From Camelus ferus (Eukaryota), in NCBI RefSeq assembly GCF_009834535.1, contig NC_045697.1, positions 119,476,001-119,540,000 on the forward strand: 64,000 nt of DNA, in the 5' to 3' direction. A program made the position numbers and the translations under genes. This document shows positions 1 to 13,600 of this stretch, piece by piece. The number at the start of each line of letters is the position of its first letter. Position 1 is the stretch's first letter. Below the pieces are notes generated by a model. The model saw only the letters and a list, made by a program, of their open reading frames with translations. It was not told the DNA's origin and did no database searches.

Positions 1-496
1 GCTAGATGAATGAACGTCTCTCCACATGTTCATTTCTGTGTGGTAAGTGTGTGTGAAAGCAGTCATTCACCTAGCATGTTCTGACACAAAGTATCTTTAG
101 AGTTGCAAACTACACTCCATACATATATATGTGTATATACAATTTCCAACACGGTTTAAAGTGAAAACTTCAGGAAATTCAAACTGCCATTTGTAAACAA
201 ACTGAGAAAACACAGGTAAAAGGTTTTCCTTCAAACGGTTCCCTTTTGCTAGATGAACGAACGTGTCAGCACATGCTAAGGTCTGAGAAATATATGTGTG
301 TATGAAAGCCGTCCTTCACCTAGCTTGTTGGGAACACATAGTTTCTTTATGTTGCAAACTAAACTCAATACTTATATATGGTTGGTACTAGCTGCAACTC
401 CGTTTTACAGTGAAAACTGCAGGAACTTCAAACCGGCACTAGGAAAATGACTGAGAAACCAGAGTAAAAGTTTCTCCTGCAACCCGTTCCCTTTGT

Positions 497-3400
497 GCTA
501 GATGAACGAAAGTCTCTCCAAATGCTCAGTTCTGAGAGATAACTGTGTGTGAAAGCCGTACTTCACCTAGCTTGCTGGGAACACAAAGTTCATTTTGGGT
601 GCAAAATCCTCTCCAAACATATATATAGGGAGGTAATAGATCCAACTCGGTTTTACAATGAAAACTGTAGGAACTTCAAACTGGCACTTGGAAACAGACA
701 GTGAAACTAGAGTAAACGTTTCCCTGCCAACCCGTTCACTTGGTGCTAGATGAACGAACGTCTCTCCACATGCTCATTTCTGAGAGTTAAGTGTGTGTGA
801 AAGCCGTCCTTCACATAGCTTGTTGGGAAACACAAAGTTTCTTTCATGTGCAAACTCCACTCCATACATATATATAGGGAGGTAATACTCCAACTCGGTT
901 TTACAGTGAAAACTGCAGGAATTTCAAACTGGCACTAGGAAACAGACTGAGAATCCAGAGTAAAAGTTTCTCCTGCAACCTGTTCCGTTTGAGCTAGATG
1001 AACAAAAGTCTCTCCACATGCTCAGTTCAGAGAGATAATGGTGTGTGAAAGACGTACTTCACCTAGAATGTTGGGAACAAAAAGGTTCTTTTCATTTGCA
1101 AACTCCACTCCATTCATATATATGGGGAGGTACAAGCTCCAACTTGGATTTACAGTGAAAACTGCAGTAACATCAAACCAGCACTAGGAAACAGACTGAG
1201 AATCCAGTGTAAAAGTTTCTTCTGCAAACCTTTCCCTTTGTGCTAGATGAAAGAACGTCTCTCCTCATGCTCAGTTCTGAGAGGTAAGTGGTGTGAAAGC
1301 CGTCCTTCACTTAACTTGTTGGGAACACAAAGATTCTTTTCAGGTGCAAACTCCAATCCATACATATATATGGGGAGGTACTAGCTCCAACTCGGTTTTA
1401 CAGTGAAACTGCAGGAACTTCAAACTGGCACTAGGAAACAGACTGAGAAACCTGAGTTAAAGTTTCTCCTGCTACCGTTTCCATTTGTACTAGATGAACG
1501 GATGTCTCTCCCCATGCTCAGTTCTGTGTGAAAAGTGTGTGTGAAAGCCGCCTTCACATAGCTTGTTTGAAACACAAAGATACTTTTTAGTTGCAAACTA
1601 CACTCCATTCATATATTAGGGGAGGTACTACATTCAACTCGTTTCTACTGAAAAACCTGCATGAAATTCAAACCGGCATCAGGGATATACCTGAGAATCC
1701 AGAGTAAAAGTTTCCCCTGCATACCGTTCTTTTGTGCTAGATGAACGAACGTCTCTCCCCATGCTCATTTCTGAGAGATAAGTGTGTGTGAAAGCCGTCC
1801 TTTACCTAGCTTGTTGGGAACAAAAAGTTTCTTTTCGGTTGCAAAATTCTGTCCATACGTATATATGGGAGGAACCAGCTCCAACTCTGCTTTACAGTGA
1901 AAGCTGCAGGAAAATCCAACCCCAACTAGGAAACAGACTGAGAAATCATAGTAATAATTTCTCTTGCAACCAGTTCCATTTCTGTTAGATAAACGAACTT
2001 CTCTCCCCATACTCATGTCTGAGAGATATGTGTGTGTGTGAAAGCCGTAATTCAACTAGCTTGTTGGGAAAACAAAGTTACTTTTCAATTGCAAACTAAA
2101 ATCCATACATTTATATGGGTAGGTACTATCTCCAACAGGGTTTTACAGTGAAAAATGCAGGAAATTGAAAACAACTCTAGGAAACAGACTGAGAAACCAC
2201 AGTAAATTTTCTCCTGCAAACATTTTCCTTTGTGCTAGATGAACGAAAGACTTTCCCCATGCTCAGTTCTGAGAGATAAGAGTGTGTGAAACCGTCCTTC
2301 ACATAGCTTGTTGGGAACAGAAAGTTCCTTTTCAGTTGCAAACTAAATTCCATCCATATATATGGGGAGGTAAGAGATCCAATTCGGTTTTACAGTAAAA
2401 ATGGGGGAATATCACACCGGCACAAGGAAACAGACTGAGAACCCAGAGTAATAGTTTCTCCTGCAACCCGATCCTTTTGTGCGAGATGAATGAAATTCTC
2501 TCCACATGCACTGTTATGATATATAATTGTGAGTGAAATCCGTCCTTCACCTAGCTTGTTGGGAACACAAAGTTTCTTTTCATTTGCTATCTCCACTCCA
2601 TACATATATATGGGGAAGTACTAGCTCCCAATCGGGTTTAAAGTGAAAACTGCAGGAAATTCAAACTGGAACAATGAAACAGACTGAGAAAACAGAGCAA
2701 AAGTTTATATAGCAACCATTTCCCTTTGTATACATGAACGAATTTCTTTCCAAATTCTCAGTTCTGAGAGATAACTGAGTGTGAATGCCGTACTTTACCT
2801 AGCTTGTTGGGAACGCAAAATTTCTTTTCAGTTGCAAACTAGAATCCATACGTATATATGGGGAGGTACAATCTCCACCTCGATTTTACAGTGAAAACTG
2901 CAGGAAGTGCAAATGGAATCTAGGAAAAGTACTGAGAAACCAGAGTAATAATTTCTCCAGCAAACAGTTCCATTTGTGCAACATGAACGAAAGTCTCACC
3001 CCATGCTCATTTCTGAGAGATAAGTGTGTGTGAAAGCCATCTTTCACCTAGCTTGTTGGGAACACAAAGTATATTTTAAGTTGCAAACTACACTCCATAC
3101 ATATATATGGGGACGTACTAGCTCCAACTATGTTTTACATTGAAAACTGTAGGAACTTCAAACCGGTACTATGAAAAATACTGAGAAACCAGAGTAAAAG
3201 TTTCTACTGCAACCCTTTCCATTTATGCTTGATGAACGTATGTCTCTCCCCATGCTCAATTCTGAGAGATAAATGTGTGTGATAGCCGTTCTTCACCTAG
3301 ATTTTTGGGAACACAAAGTTTCTTTTCAGTTGCATAATACACTCCATACATGTATTTGAGGAGGTAAAATTCCAACTCCGTTTTACAGTGAAAACTGCAG

Positions 3401-6400
3401 GAATTAAAAAAGGGGCTAGGAAACAGACTGAGAAACCTGTGAAAATTTTCTCCTTCAACAAGTTCCCGTTGTGCTAGATGAATGAAAGTCTCTCCACATG
3501 TTCATTTCTGTGAGGTAAGTGTGTGTGAAAGCAGTCATTCACCTAGCATGTTCTGACACAAAGTATCTTTAGAGTTGCAAACTACACTCCATACATATAT
3601 ATGTGTATGTACAATTTCCAACATGGTTTAAAGTGAAAACTTCAGGAAAGTCAAACTGCCATTTGTAAACAAACTGAGAAAACAGAGTTAAAGTTTTTCC
3701 TTCAAACGGTTCCCTTTTTGCTAGATGAACGAACGTGTCAGCACATGCTAAGTTCTGAGAAATATATGTGTGTATGAAAGCCGTCCTTCACCTAGCTTGT
3801 TGGGAACACATAGTTTCTTTTCATTTGCAAACTAAACTCAATAGTTGTATAAGGGTGGTAAAAGCTGCAACACCGTTTTACAGTGAAAACTGCAGGAACT
3901 TCAAACCGGCACTAGGAAAATGACTGAGAAACCAGAGAAATAATTTCTCCTGCAAACCGTTCCATTTTTGCTGGATGAACGAAAGTCTCTCCACATGCTA
4001 AGTTCTGAGAGATAACTGTGTATGAAAGCAGTCCTTCAACTAGTTTGTTGGGAAAACAAAGATTCTTTTAACTTACCAACTTCACTCCATACATATATAT
4101 TTGTGCTACAAGTTCCAACACCGTTTTACAGTGAAAACTGCAGGAACTTCAAACCGGCACTAGGAAACATACTGAGAAACCAGAGTAAATCTTTCCCTAC
4201 AAACTGTTCCATGTGGTAGATGAACGAAAGTCTCTATACATGCACTGTTATGAGATATAAGTGTGTGTGAAAGCCTTACTTCACTTTGCTTGTTGGGAAC
4301 ACAAAGATCGTTTACAGTTGCAAACAACTCTCCATAAATATATATGGGGAGATACTAGCTCCAACTCCGTTTTACAGTGAAAATTGCTGGAATTTCAAAC
4401 AGGCAATAGGAAACAGACAGAGAAACCAGAGTAAAAGATTCTCCTGCAAACCGTTCCCTTTGTGCTAGATGAACGAACGTCTCTCCCCATGCTCATTCCT
4501 TAGAGATAAGTGTGTGTGAAAGCCATTCTTCACCTAGCATGTTGGGAACACAAAGTTTCTTTTCAGTAGCAAACTGCACTCCTTACATTTATATGGGGAC
4601 GTACAACTCCAACTCCATTTTACAGTGAAAACAGCAGGAACTTCAAACTGTAACAAGGAAACAGACTGAGAAACCAGAACAAATGTTTTACTGCAAACAT
4701 TTCTGTTTGTGCTGAATGAACGAAATTCTCTCCACATTCTCAGTTCTGAGAGATATGTGTGTGTGAAAGTCCTCCTTCACCTGGCTTGTTGGGAACACAG
4801 AGTTTCTTTTAAGTTGCAAATTACCCTCCATACATATATATCGGGAGGTAGTAGATCCAACTCGGTTTACAATGAAAACTGTACGAACTTCAAACTAGCA
4901 CTTGGAAACAGACTGTGAAACTAGAGTAAACGTTTCTCCTGCAACCCGTTCCCTTGGTGCTAGATGAACGAACGTCTCTCCACATGCTCATTTCTGAGAG
5001 TTAAGTGTTTGTGAAAGCCGTCCTTCACATAGCTTGTTGGGAACACAAAGATTCTTTCAGGTGCAAACTCCAATCCTTACAGATATATAGGGAGGTACTA
5101 CTCTAACTCGGTTTTACAGTGAAAACTGCAGGAAATTCAAACCGGTACTAGGAAACAGACTGAGGAACCAGAGTAAAAATTTCTCCTGCAACCTGTTCCC
5201 TTTGTGCTAGATGAACGAACGTCTCTCCACATGCTCACTTCTGAGAGATAATTGTGTGTGAAAGCCGTACTTCACCTAGCTTGCTGGGAACACAAAGTTC
5301 CTTTTGGGTGCAAAATCCACTCCATACATATATATAGGAAGGTACTAGATCCAACTTGGTTTTAGAATGAAAACTGTAGGGACATCAAACTGGCACTTGG
5401 AAACAGACAGTGAAACTAGAGTAAACGTTTCTCGTGCAACCCGTTCACTTGGTGCTAGATGAACGAACGTCTCTCCACATGCTCATTTCTGAGAGTTAAC
5501 TGTGTGTGAAAGCCGTCCTTCACATAGCTTGTTGGGAACACAAAGTTTCTTTCAGGTGCAAACTCCAATCCTTACAGATATATAGGGAGGTAATATTCCA
5601 ACTCGGTTTTACAGTGAATACTGAAGGAACTTCAAACTGGCACTAGGAAACAGACTGAGAAACCAGAGTAAAAGTTTCTCCTGCAAACTGTTCCGTTTGA
5701 GCTAGTTGAACAAAAGTCTCTCCACATGCTCAGTTCAGAGAGATAATGGTGTGTGAAAGACGTACTTCACCTAGAATGTTGGGAACAATAAGGTTCTTTT
5801 CATTTGCAAACTCCACTGCATTCATATATATGGGGAGGTACAAGCTCCAACTCCGTTTTACAGTGAAAACTGCAGGAACTTCTAACCGGCACTAGGAAAC
5901 AGACTGAGAAACCAGTGTAAAAGATTCTTCTGCAAAACTTTCCTTTGTGCTAGATGAAAGAACGTCTCTCCTCATGCTCAGTTCTGAGAGGTAAGTGGTG
6001 TGAAAGCCGTCCTTCATTTAACTTGTTGGGAACACAAAGTTTCTTTTCAGGTGCAAACTCCAATCCGTACATATATATGGGGAGGTAGTAGCTCCAACTA
6101 GGTTTTACAGTGAAACTGCAGGAACTTCAAACTGGCACTAGGAAACAGACTGAGAAACCTGAGTTAAAGTTTCTCCTGCTACCGTTTCCCTTTGTACTAG
6201 ATGAACGAATGTCTCTCCCCATGCTCAGTTCTGTATGAAAAGTGTGTGTGAAAGCCGCCTTCACATAGCTTGTTGGAAACACAAAGATACTTTTTAGTTG
6301 CAAACTACACTCCATTCATATATTAGGGGTGGTACTACATCCAACTCGTTTTCACTGAAAAACTTGCAGGAAATTCAAACCGGCATCAGGGAAATACCTG

Positions 6401-9400
6401 AGAATCCAGAGTAAAAGTTTCCCCTGCATACCGTTCTTTTGTTCTAGATGAACGAACGTCTCTCCGCATGCTCATTTCTGAGAGATAAGTGTGTGTGAAA
6501 GCCGTCCTTTACCTAGCTTGTTGGGAACAAAAAGTTTCTTTTCGGTTGCAAAATTCTGTCCATACGTATATATGGGGAGGAACCAGCTCCAACTCTGCTT
6601 TACAGTGAAAACTGCAGGAAAATCCAACCCCAACTAGGAAACAGACTGAGAAATCATAGTAATAATTTCCCTTTCAACCAGTTCCATTTCTGTTAGATAA
6701 AAGAACTTCTCTCCCCATGCTCATGTCTGAGAGATATGTGTGTGAAAGCCGTAGTTCAACTAGCTTGTTGGGAAAACAAAGTTACTTTTCAATTGCAAAC
6801 TAAAATCCATACATTTATATGGGTAGGTACTATCTCCAACAGGGTTTTACAGTGAAAAAGCAGGAAATTGAAAACAACTCTAGGAAACAGACTGAGAAAC
6901 CACAGTAAATTTTCTCCTGCAAACATTTTCCTTTGTGCTAGATGAACGAAAGTCTTTCCCCATGCTCAGTTCTGAGAGATAAGAGTGTGTGAAACCGTCC
7001 TTCACATAGCTTGTTGGGAACAGAAAATTTCTGTTCAGTTGCAAACTAAATTCCATCCATATATATGGGGAGGTAAGAGATCCAATTCGGTTTTACAGAA
7101 AAATGGGGGAATATCACACCGGCACAAGGAAACAGACTGAGAAGCAAGAAAATAGTTCCTCCTGCAACCCGATCCATTTGTGCGAGATGAAAGAAATTCT
7201 CTCCACATGCACTGTTATGAAATATAATTGTGAGTGAAATCCGTCCTTCACCTAGCTTGTTGGGAACACAGTTTCTTTTCATTTGCAAACTCCACTCCAT
7301 ACATATATATGGGGAAGTACTAGCTCCCAATCGGGTTTAAAGTGAAAACTGCAGGAAATTCAAACTGGAACAATGAAACAGACTGAGAAAACAGAGCAAA
7401 AGTTTATATAGCAACCATTTCCCTTTGTATACATGAACGAATTTCTTTCCACATTCTCAGTTCTGAGAGATAACTGAGTGTGAATGCCGTACTTTACCTA
7501 GCTTGTTGGGAACACAAAGTTTCTTTTCAGTTGCAAACTAGACTCCATACATATATATGGGGAGGTACAATCTACACCTCGATTTTACAGTGAAAACTGC
7601 AGGAACTGCAAATGGAATCTAGGAAAAATACTGAGAAACCAGAGTAATAATTTCTCCAGCAAACAGTTCCGTTTGTGCAAGATGAACGAAAGTCTCACCC
7701 CATGCTCATTTCTGAGAGATAAGTGTGTGTGAAAGCCATCTTTCACCTAGCTTGTTGGGAACACAAAGTATATTTTAAGTTGCAAACTACACTCCATACA
7801 TATATATGGGGACGTACTAGCTCCAACTATGTTTTACATTGAAAACTGTAGGAACTTCAAACCGGTACTATGAAAAATACTGAGAAACCAGAGTAAAAGT
7901 TTCTACTGCAACCCTTTCCATTTATGCTTGATGAACGTATGTCTCTCCCCATGCTCAATTCTGAGAGATAAATGTGTGTGATAGCCGTTCTTCACCTAGA
8001 TTTTTGGGAACACAAAGTTTCTTTTCAGTTGCATAATACACTCCATACATGTATTTGAGGAGGTAAAACTCCAACTCCGTTTTAAAGTGAAAACTGCAGG
8101 AATTAAAAAAGGGGCTAGGAAACAGACTGAGAAACCTGTGAAAATTTTCACCTTCAACAAGTTCCCGTTGTGCTAGATGAATGAACGTCTCTCCACATGT
8201 TCATTTCTGTGAGGTAAGTGTGTGTGAAAGCATTCATTCACCTAGCATGTTCTGACACAAAGTTTCTTTATAGTTGCAAACTATACTCCATACATATATA
8301 TGTGTATGTACAATTTCCAACAAAGTTTAAAGTGAAAACTTCAGGAAATTCAAACTGCCATTTGTAAACAAACTGGGAAAACAGAGTAAAAGTTTTTCCT
8401 TCAAAAGGTTCCCTTTTTGCTAGATGAACGAACGTGTCAGCACATGCTAAGTTCTGAGAAATATATGTGTGTATGAAAGCCGTCCTTCACCTAGCTTGTT
8501 GGGAACACATAGTTTCTTTTCATTTGCAAACTAAACTCAATAGATATATATACGGGTGGTAAAAGCTGCAAATCCGTTTTACAGTGAAAACTGCAGGAAC
8601 TTCAAGCCGGCACTTAGAAAATGACTGAGAAACCAGAGTAATAATTTCTCCTGCAAACCGTTCCATTTGTGCTGGATGAACGAAAGTCTCTCTACATGCT
8701 AAGTTCTGAGAGATAACTGTGTATGAAAGCAGTCCTTCAACTAGTTTGTTGGGAAAACAAAGATTCTTTTAACTTACCAACTTCACTCCATACATATATA
8801 TTTGTGCTACAAGTTCCAACACGGTTTTACAGTGAAAACTGCAGGAACTTCAAACCGGCACTAGGAAACATACTGAGAAACCAGAGTAAAACTTTCCCTA
8901 CAAACCGTTCCATGTGGTAGATGAACGAAAGTCTCTATACATGCACTGTTATGAGATATAAGTGTGTGTGAAAGCCTTACTTCATTTTGCTTGTTGGGAA
9001 CACAAAGATCGTTTCCAGTTGCAAACAACTCTCCATAAATATATATGGGGAGGTACTAGCTCCAACTCAGTTTTACAGTGAAAACTGCTGGAATTTCAAA
9101 CAGGCAATAGGAAACAGACAGAGAAACCAGAGTAAAAGTTTCTCCTGCAAACCGTTCCCTTTTTGCTAGATGAATGAACGTCTCTCCCCATGCTCATTCC
9201 TTAGAGATAAGTGTGTGTGAAAGCCATTCTTCACCTAGCATGTTGGGAACACAAAGTTTCTTTTCAGTAGCAAACTACACTCCTTATATTTATATGGGGA
9301 CGTACAACTCCAACTCCATTTTACAGTGAAAACAGCAGGAACTTCAAACTGTAACAAGGAAACAGACTGAGAAACCAGAACAAATGTTTTACTGCAAACA

Positions 9401-9906
9401 TTTCTCTTTGTGCTGATTGAACGAAATTCTCTCCACATTCTCAGTTCTGAGAGATATGTGTGTGTGAAAGTCCTCCTTCACCTGGCTTGTTGGGAACACA
9501 AAGTTTCTTTTCAGTTGCAAATTACCCTCCATACATATATATCGGGAGGTAGTAGATCCAACTCGGTTTACAATGAAAACTGTAGGAACTTCAAACTAGC
9601 ACTTGGTCACAGACTGTGAAACTAGAGTAAACGTTTCTCCTGCAACCCGTTCCCTTGGTGCTAGATGAACGAACGTCTCTCCACATGCTCATTTCTGAGA
9701 GTTAAGTGTTTGTGAAAGCCATCCTTCACATAGCTTTTTGGGAACACAAAGATTCTTTCAGGTGCAAACTCCAATCCTTACAGATATATAGGGAGGTACT
9801 ACTCTAACTCGGTTATACATTGAAAACTGCAGGAAATTCAAACTGGCACTAGGAAACAGACTGAGGAACCAGAGTAAAAATTTTTCCTGCAAACTGTTCC
9901 CTTTGT
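497..9906 (+). repeat. SatA 19-mer higher-order repeat, two copies (~4.70 kb period)
   Basis: 19 distinguishable monomer variants recur in the same order. ORF-track twins are offset by 4707 (1420/6127) and 4701 (4022/8723, 4286/8987, 4534/9235). The copies differ by scattered SNPs. Confidence 0.9.
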
Positions 9907-10619
9907 GCTAGATGAACAAACGTCTCTCCACATGCTCAGTTCAGAGAGATAATGGTGTGTGAAAGACGTCCTTCACCTAGAATGTTGGGAACAAAAAGGT
10001 TTTTTCAGTTGCAAACCCCACTCCATTCATATATACGGGGAGTTACAAGCTCCAACTCGGTTTTACAGTGAAAACTGCAGGAATATCGAACTGGCACTAG
10101 GAAACAAACTGAGAAACCAGAGTAAAAGTTTCTCCTGCAACCATTTCCATTTGTGCTAGATGAACGAATGTCTCTCCACATGTTCAGTTCTGAGAGATAA
10201 GTGTTTGTTAAAGCCGTCCTTCAACTAGCTTGTTGAGAACACAAAGTTTCTTTTCAGTTGCTATCCCAACTCCATAAATATATATGGGGAGGTACTAGTT
10301 CCAACTCTGTTTTACAGTGAAAACTGCAGGAAATTCAAACCAGCAAAAAGAAACAGACTTATATACCAGAGAAAAAGTTACACATGCAACCTGTTTCCTT
10401 TGTGCTAGATGAACGAACGTCTCTCCACATGCTCAGTTCTGAGAGATAATTGTGTCTGAAAGCCGTCCTTCACCTAGCTTGTTGGGAACACATAGTTTCT
10501 TTTCAGTTGCAAACACCACTCCATACATATATATGTGGAGGTAAGAGATCAAAATCTTTTTTAAAGTGAAAATTGGGGGAATTTCAAACCGGCACAAGGA
10601 AACAGGCTGAGAACCCCGA

Positions 10620-13600
10620 GTAAAAGTTGCTCCTGCAACCCGATCATTTTGTGCGAGATGAACGAAATTCTCTCCACATGCACTTTTATGAAATATAATT
10701 GTGAGGGAAATCCGTCCTTCAACTAGCTTGTTGGGAACACAAAGAATCTTTTCATTTGCAAACTCCACTCCATACATATATATGGGGAAGTACTAGCTCC
10801 CAATCGGGTTTAAAGTGAAAACTGCAGGAAATTCAAACTGTAACAATGAAACAGACTGAGAAAACAGAGCAAAAGTTTATACAGCCACCATTTCCCTTTG
10901 TGATACATGAACGAAATTCTTTCCACATTCTCAGTTCTGAGAGATAACTGTGTGTGAAAGCCGTACTTTACCTAGCTTGTTGGGAACACATAGTTCCTTT
11001 TCAGGTGCAAACTACACTCCATACATATATATGGGGAGGTACAATCTCCACCTCTATTTTACAGTGAAAACTGCAGGAAATTCAAATGGAATCTAGGTAA
11101 AATACTGAGAAATCAGAGTAAGAGTTTCTCCTGCAAACCGTTCCGTTTGTGCAAGATGAACGAAAGTCTCACCCCATGCTCATTTCTGAGAGATAAGTGT
11201 GTGTGAAAGCCGTCTTTCCCCTGGCTTGTTGGGAACACAAAGTATATTTTAAGTTGCAAATTTCACTCCATAAATATATATGGGGAGGTACTAGCTCAAA
11301 CTAGGTTTTACATTGAAAACTGTAGACACTTCAAACCAGTACTATGAAAAATACTGAGAAACCAGAATTAAAGTTTCTACTGGAACACGTTCCCTTTTTG
11401 TTAGATGAACGAACGTCTCTCCACATGCTCAGTTCTGAGAGTTAAGTGTGTTTGAAAGCCGTCCTTCATATAGCTTGTTGGGAACACAAAGTTTCTTTTC
11501 AGGTCCAAACCCCACTCCATACATTTATATAGGGAGGTAAAACTCCAACTCGGTTTTACAGTGAAAACTGCAGGAAGTTCAAACCGGCACTAGGAAACAG
11601 ACTGAGAGACCAGTGTAAAAGTTTCTCCTGCAACCCGTTCCATTTGTGCTAGATGAACGAACGTCTCTCCACATGCTCAGTTCTGAGAGATAAGTGTTTG
11701 TGAAAGCCGTCCTTCACCTAGCTTTTTGGGAACACAAAGTTTCTTTCCAGATGCAAACTAGACTCCATACATATATGTGGTTAGGTTCTGGCTCCAACTC
11801 ACCTTTACAGTGTAAACTGCAGGAACTTCAAACCGGCACTTGGAAACAGACTGAGAAACCAGAGTAAAAGTTACTCCTGCAAAAATTTCCATTTGTGCTA
11901 GATGAACGAACGTCTCTCCACATGTTCAGTTCTGAGAGATAAGTGTGTGTGAAAGCCGTCCTTCACCTAGCTTGTTGAGAACACAAAGATTCTTTTCAGT
12001 TGCTATCTCCACTACATATATATATATGGGGAGGTACTAGCTCCAACACTGTTTTACAGTGAAAACTGCAGGACATTCAAACCGGCACTAGGAAACAGAC
12101 TGAGAAACCAGAGTAAAAGTTTCTCCTGCAACACGTTCCACTGTGCTAGATGAACGAACGTCTCTCCACATGCTCAGTTCTGAGAGATAAGTGAGGGTGA
12201 AAGCCGTCATTCACAAGCTTGTTAGGAAGACAAAGATTCTTTTCAGTTGCAAAGCCACAACATACATATATAAGGGGAGGTACTAGATCCAACACAGTTT
12301 TACAGTGAAAAATACAGGAACTTCAATCCGGCACTAGGAAACAGACTTAGAAACCAGAGTAAAAGTTTCTCCTGCAAACTTTTCCCTTTGTGCTAGATGA
12401 AATAACGTCTCTCCACATGATCATGTATGAGAGATAATTGTGTGTGAAAGCCGTCCTTCACCTATCTTGTTGGGAACTCAAAGTTTCTTTTCAGTTGCAA
12501 ACTCCACTCCATATATATATATGGGGAGGCACTAGCTCCAACTCGGTTTTACAGTGAAAACTGCAGGAACTTCTAACCGGCACTAGGAACCAGACTGAGA
12601 AACCAGAGTAAAAGTTGCTCCTGCAACCCGATCATTTTGTGCGAGATGAACGAAATTCTCTCCACATGCACTTTTATGAAACATAATTGTGAGGGAAATC
12701 CGTCCTTCACCTAGCTTGTTGGGAACACAAAGAATCTTTTCATTTGCAAACTCCACTCCATACATATATATGGGGAAGTACTAGCTCCCAATCGGGTTTA
12801 AAGTGAAAACTGCAGGAAATTCAAACTGTAACAATGAAACAGACTGAGAAAACAGAGCAAAAGTTTATACAGCCACCATTTCCCTTTGTGATACATGAAC
12901 GAAATTCTTTCCACATTCTCAGTTCTGAGAGATAACTGTGTGTGAAAGCCGTACTTTACCTAGCTTGTTGGGAACACATAGTTCCTTTTCAGGTGCAAAC
13001 TACACTCCATACATATATATGGGGAGGTACAATCTCCACCTCTATTTTACAGTGAAAACTGCAGGAAATTCAAATGGAATCTAGGTAAAATACTGAGAAA
13101 TCAGAGTAAGAGTTTCTCCTGCAAACCGTTCCGTTTGTGCAAGATGAACGAAAGTCTCACCCCATGCTCATTTCTGAGAGATAAGTGTGTGTGAAAGCCG
13201 TCTTTCCCCTGGCTTGTTGGGAACACAAAGTATATTTTAAGTTGCAAATTTCACTCCATAAATATATATGGGGAGGTACTAGCTCAAACTAGGTTTTACA
13301 TTGAAAACTGTAGACACTTCAAACCAGTACTATGAAAAATACTGAGAAACCAGAATTAAAGTTTCTACTGGAACACGTTCCCTTTTTGCTAGATGAACGA
13401 ACGTCTCTCCACATGCTCAGTTCTGAGAGTTAAGTGTGTTTGAAAGCCGTCCTTCATATAGCTTGTTGGGAACACAAAGTTTCTTTTCAGGTCCAAACCC
13501 CACTCCATACATTTATATAGGGAGGTAAAACTCCAACTCGGTTTTACAGTGAAAACTGCAGGAAGTTCAAACCGGCACTAGGAAACAGACTGAGAGACCA

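Noticed and set aside
401..440. V(D)J RSS-like heptamer (tacagtg / cactgta)
   Set aside because: The heptamer is imperfect, there is no nonamer at 12/23 spacing, and there are no antigen-receptor segments.
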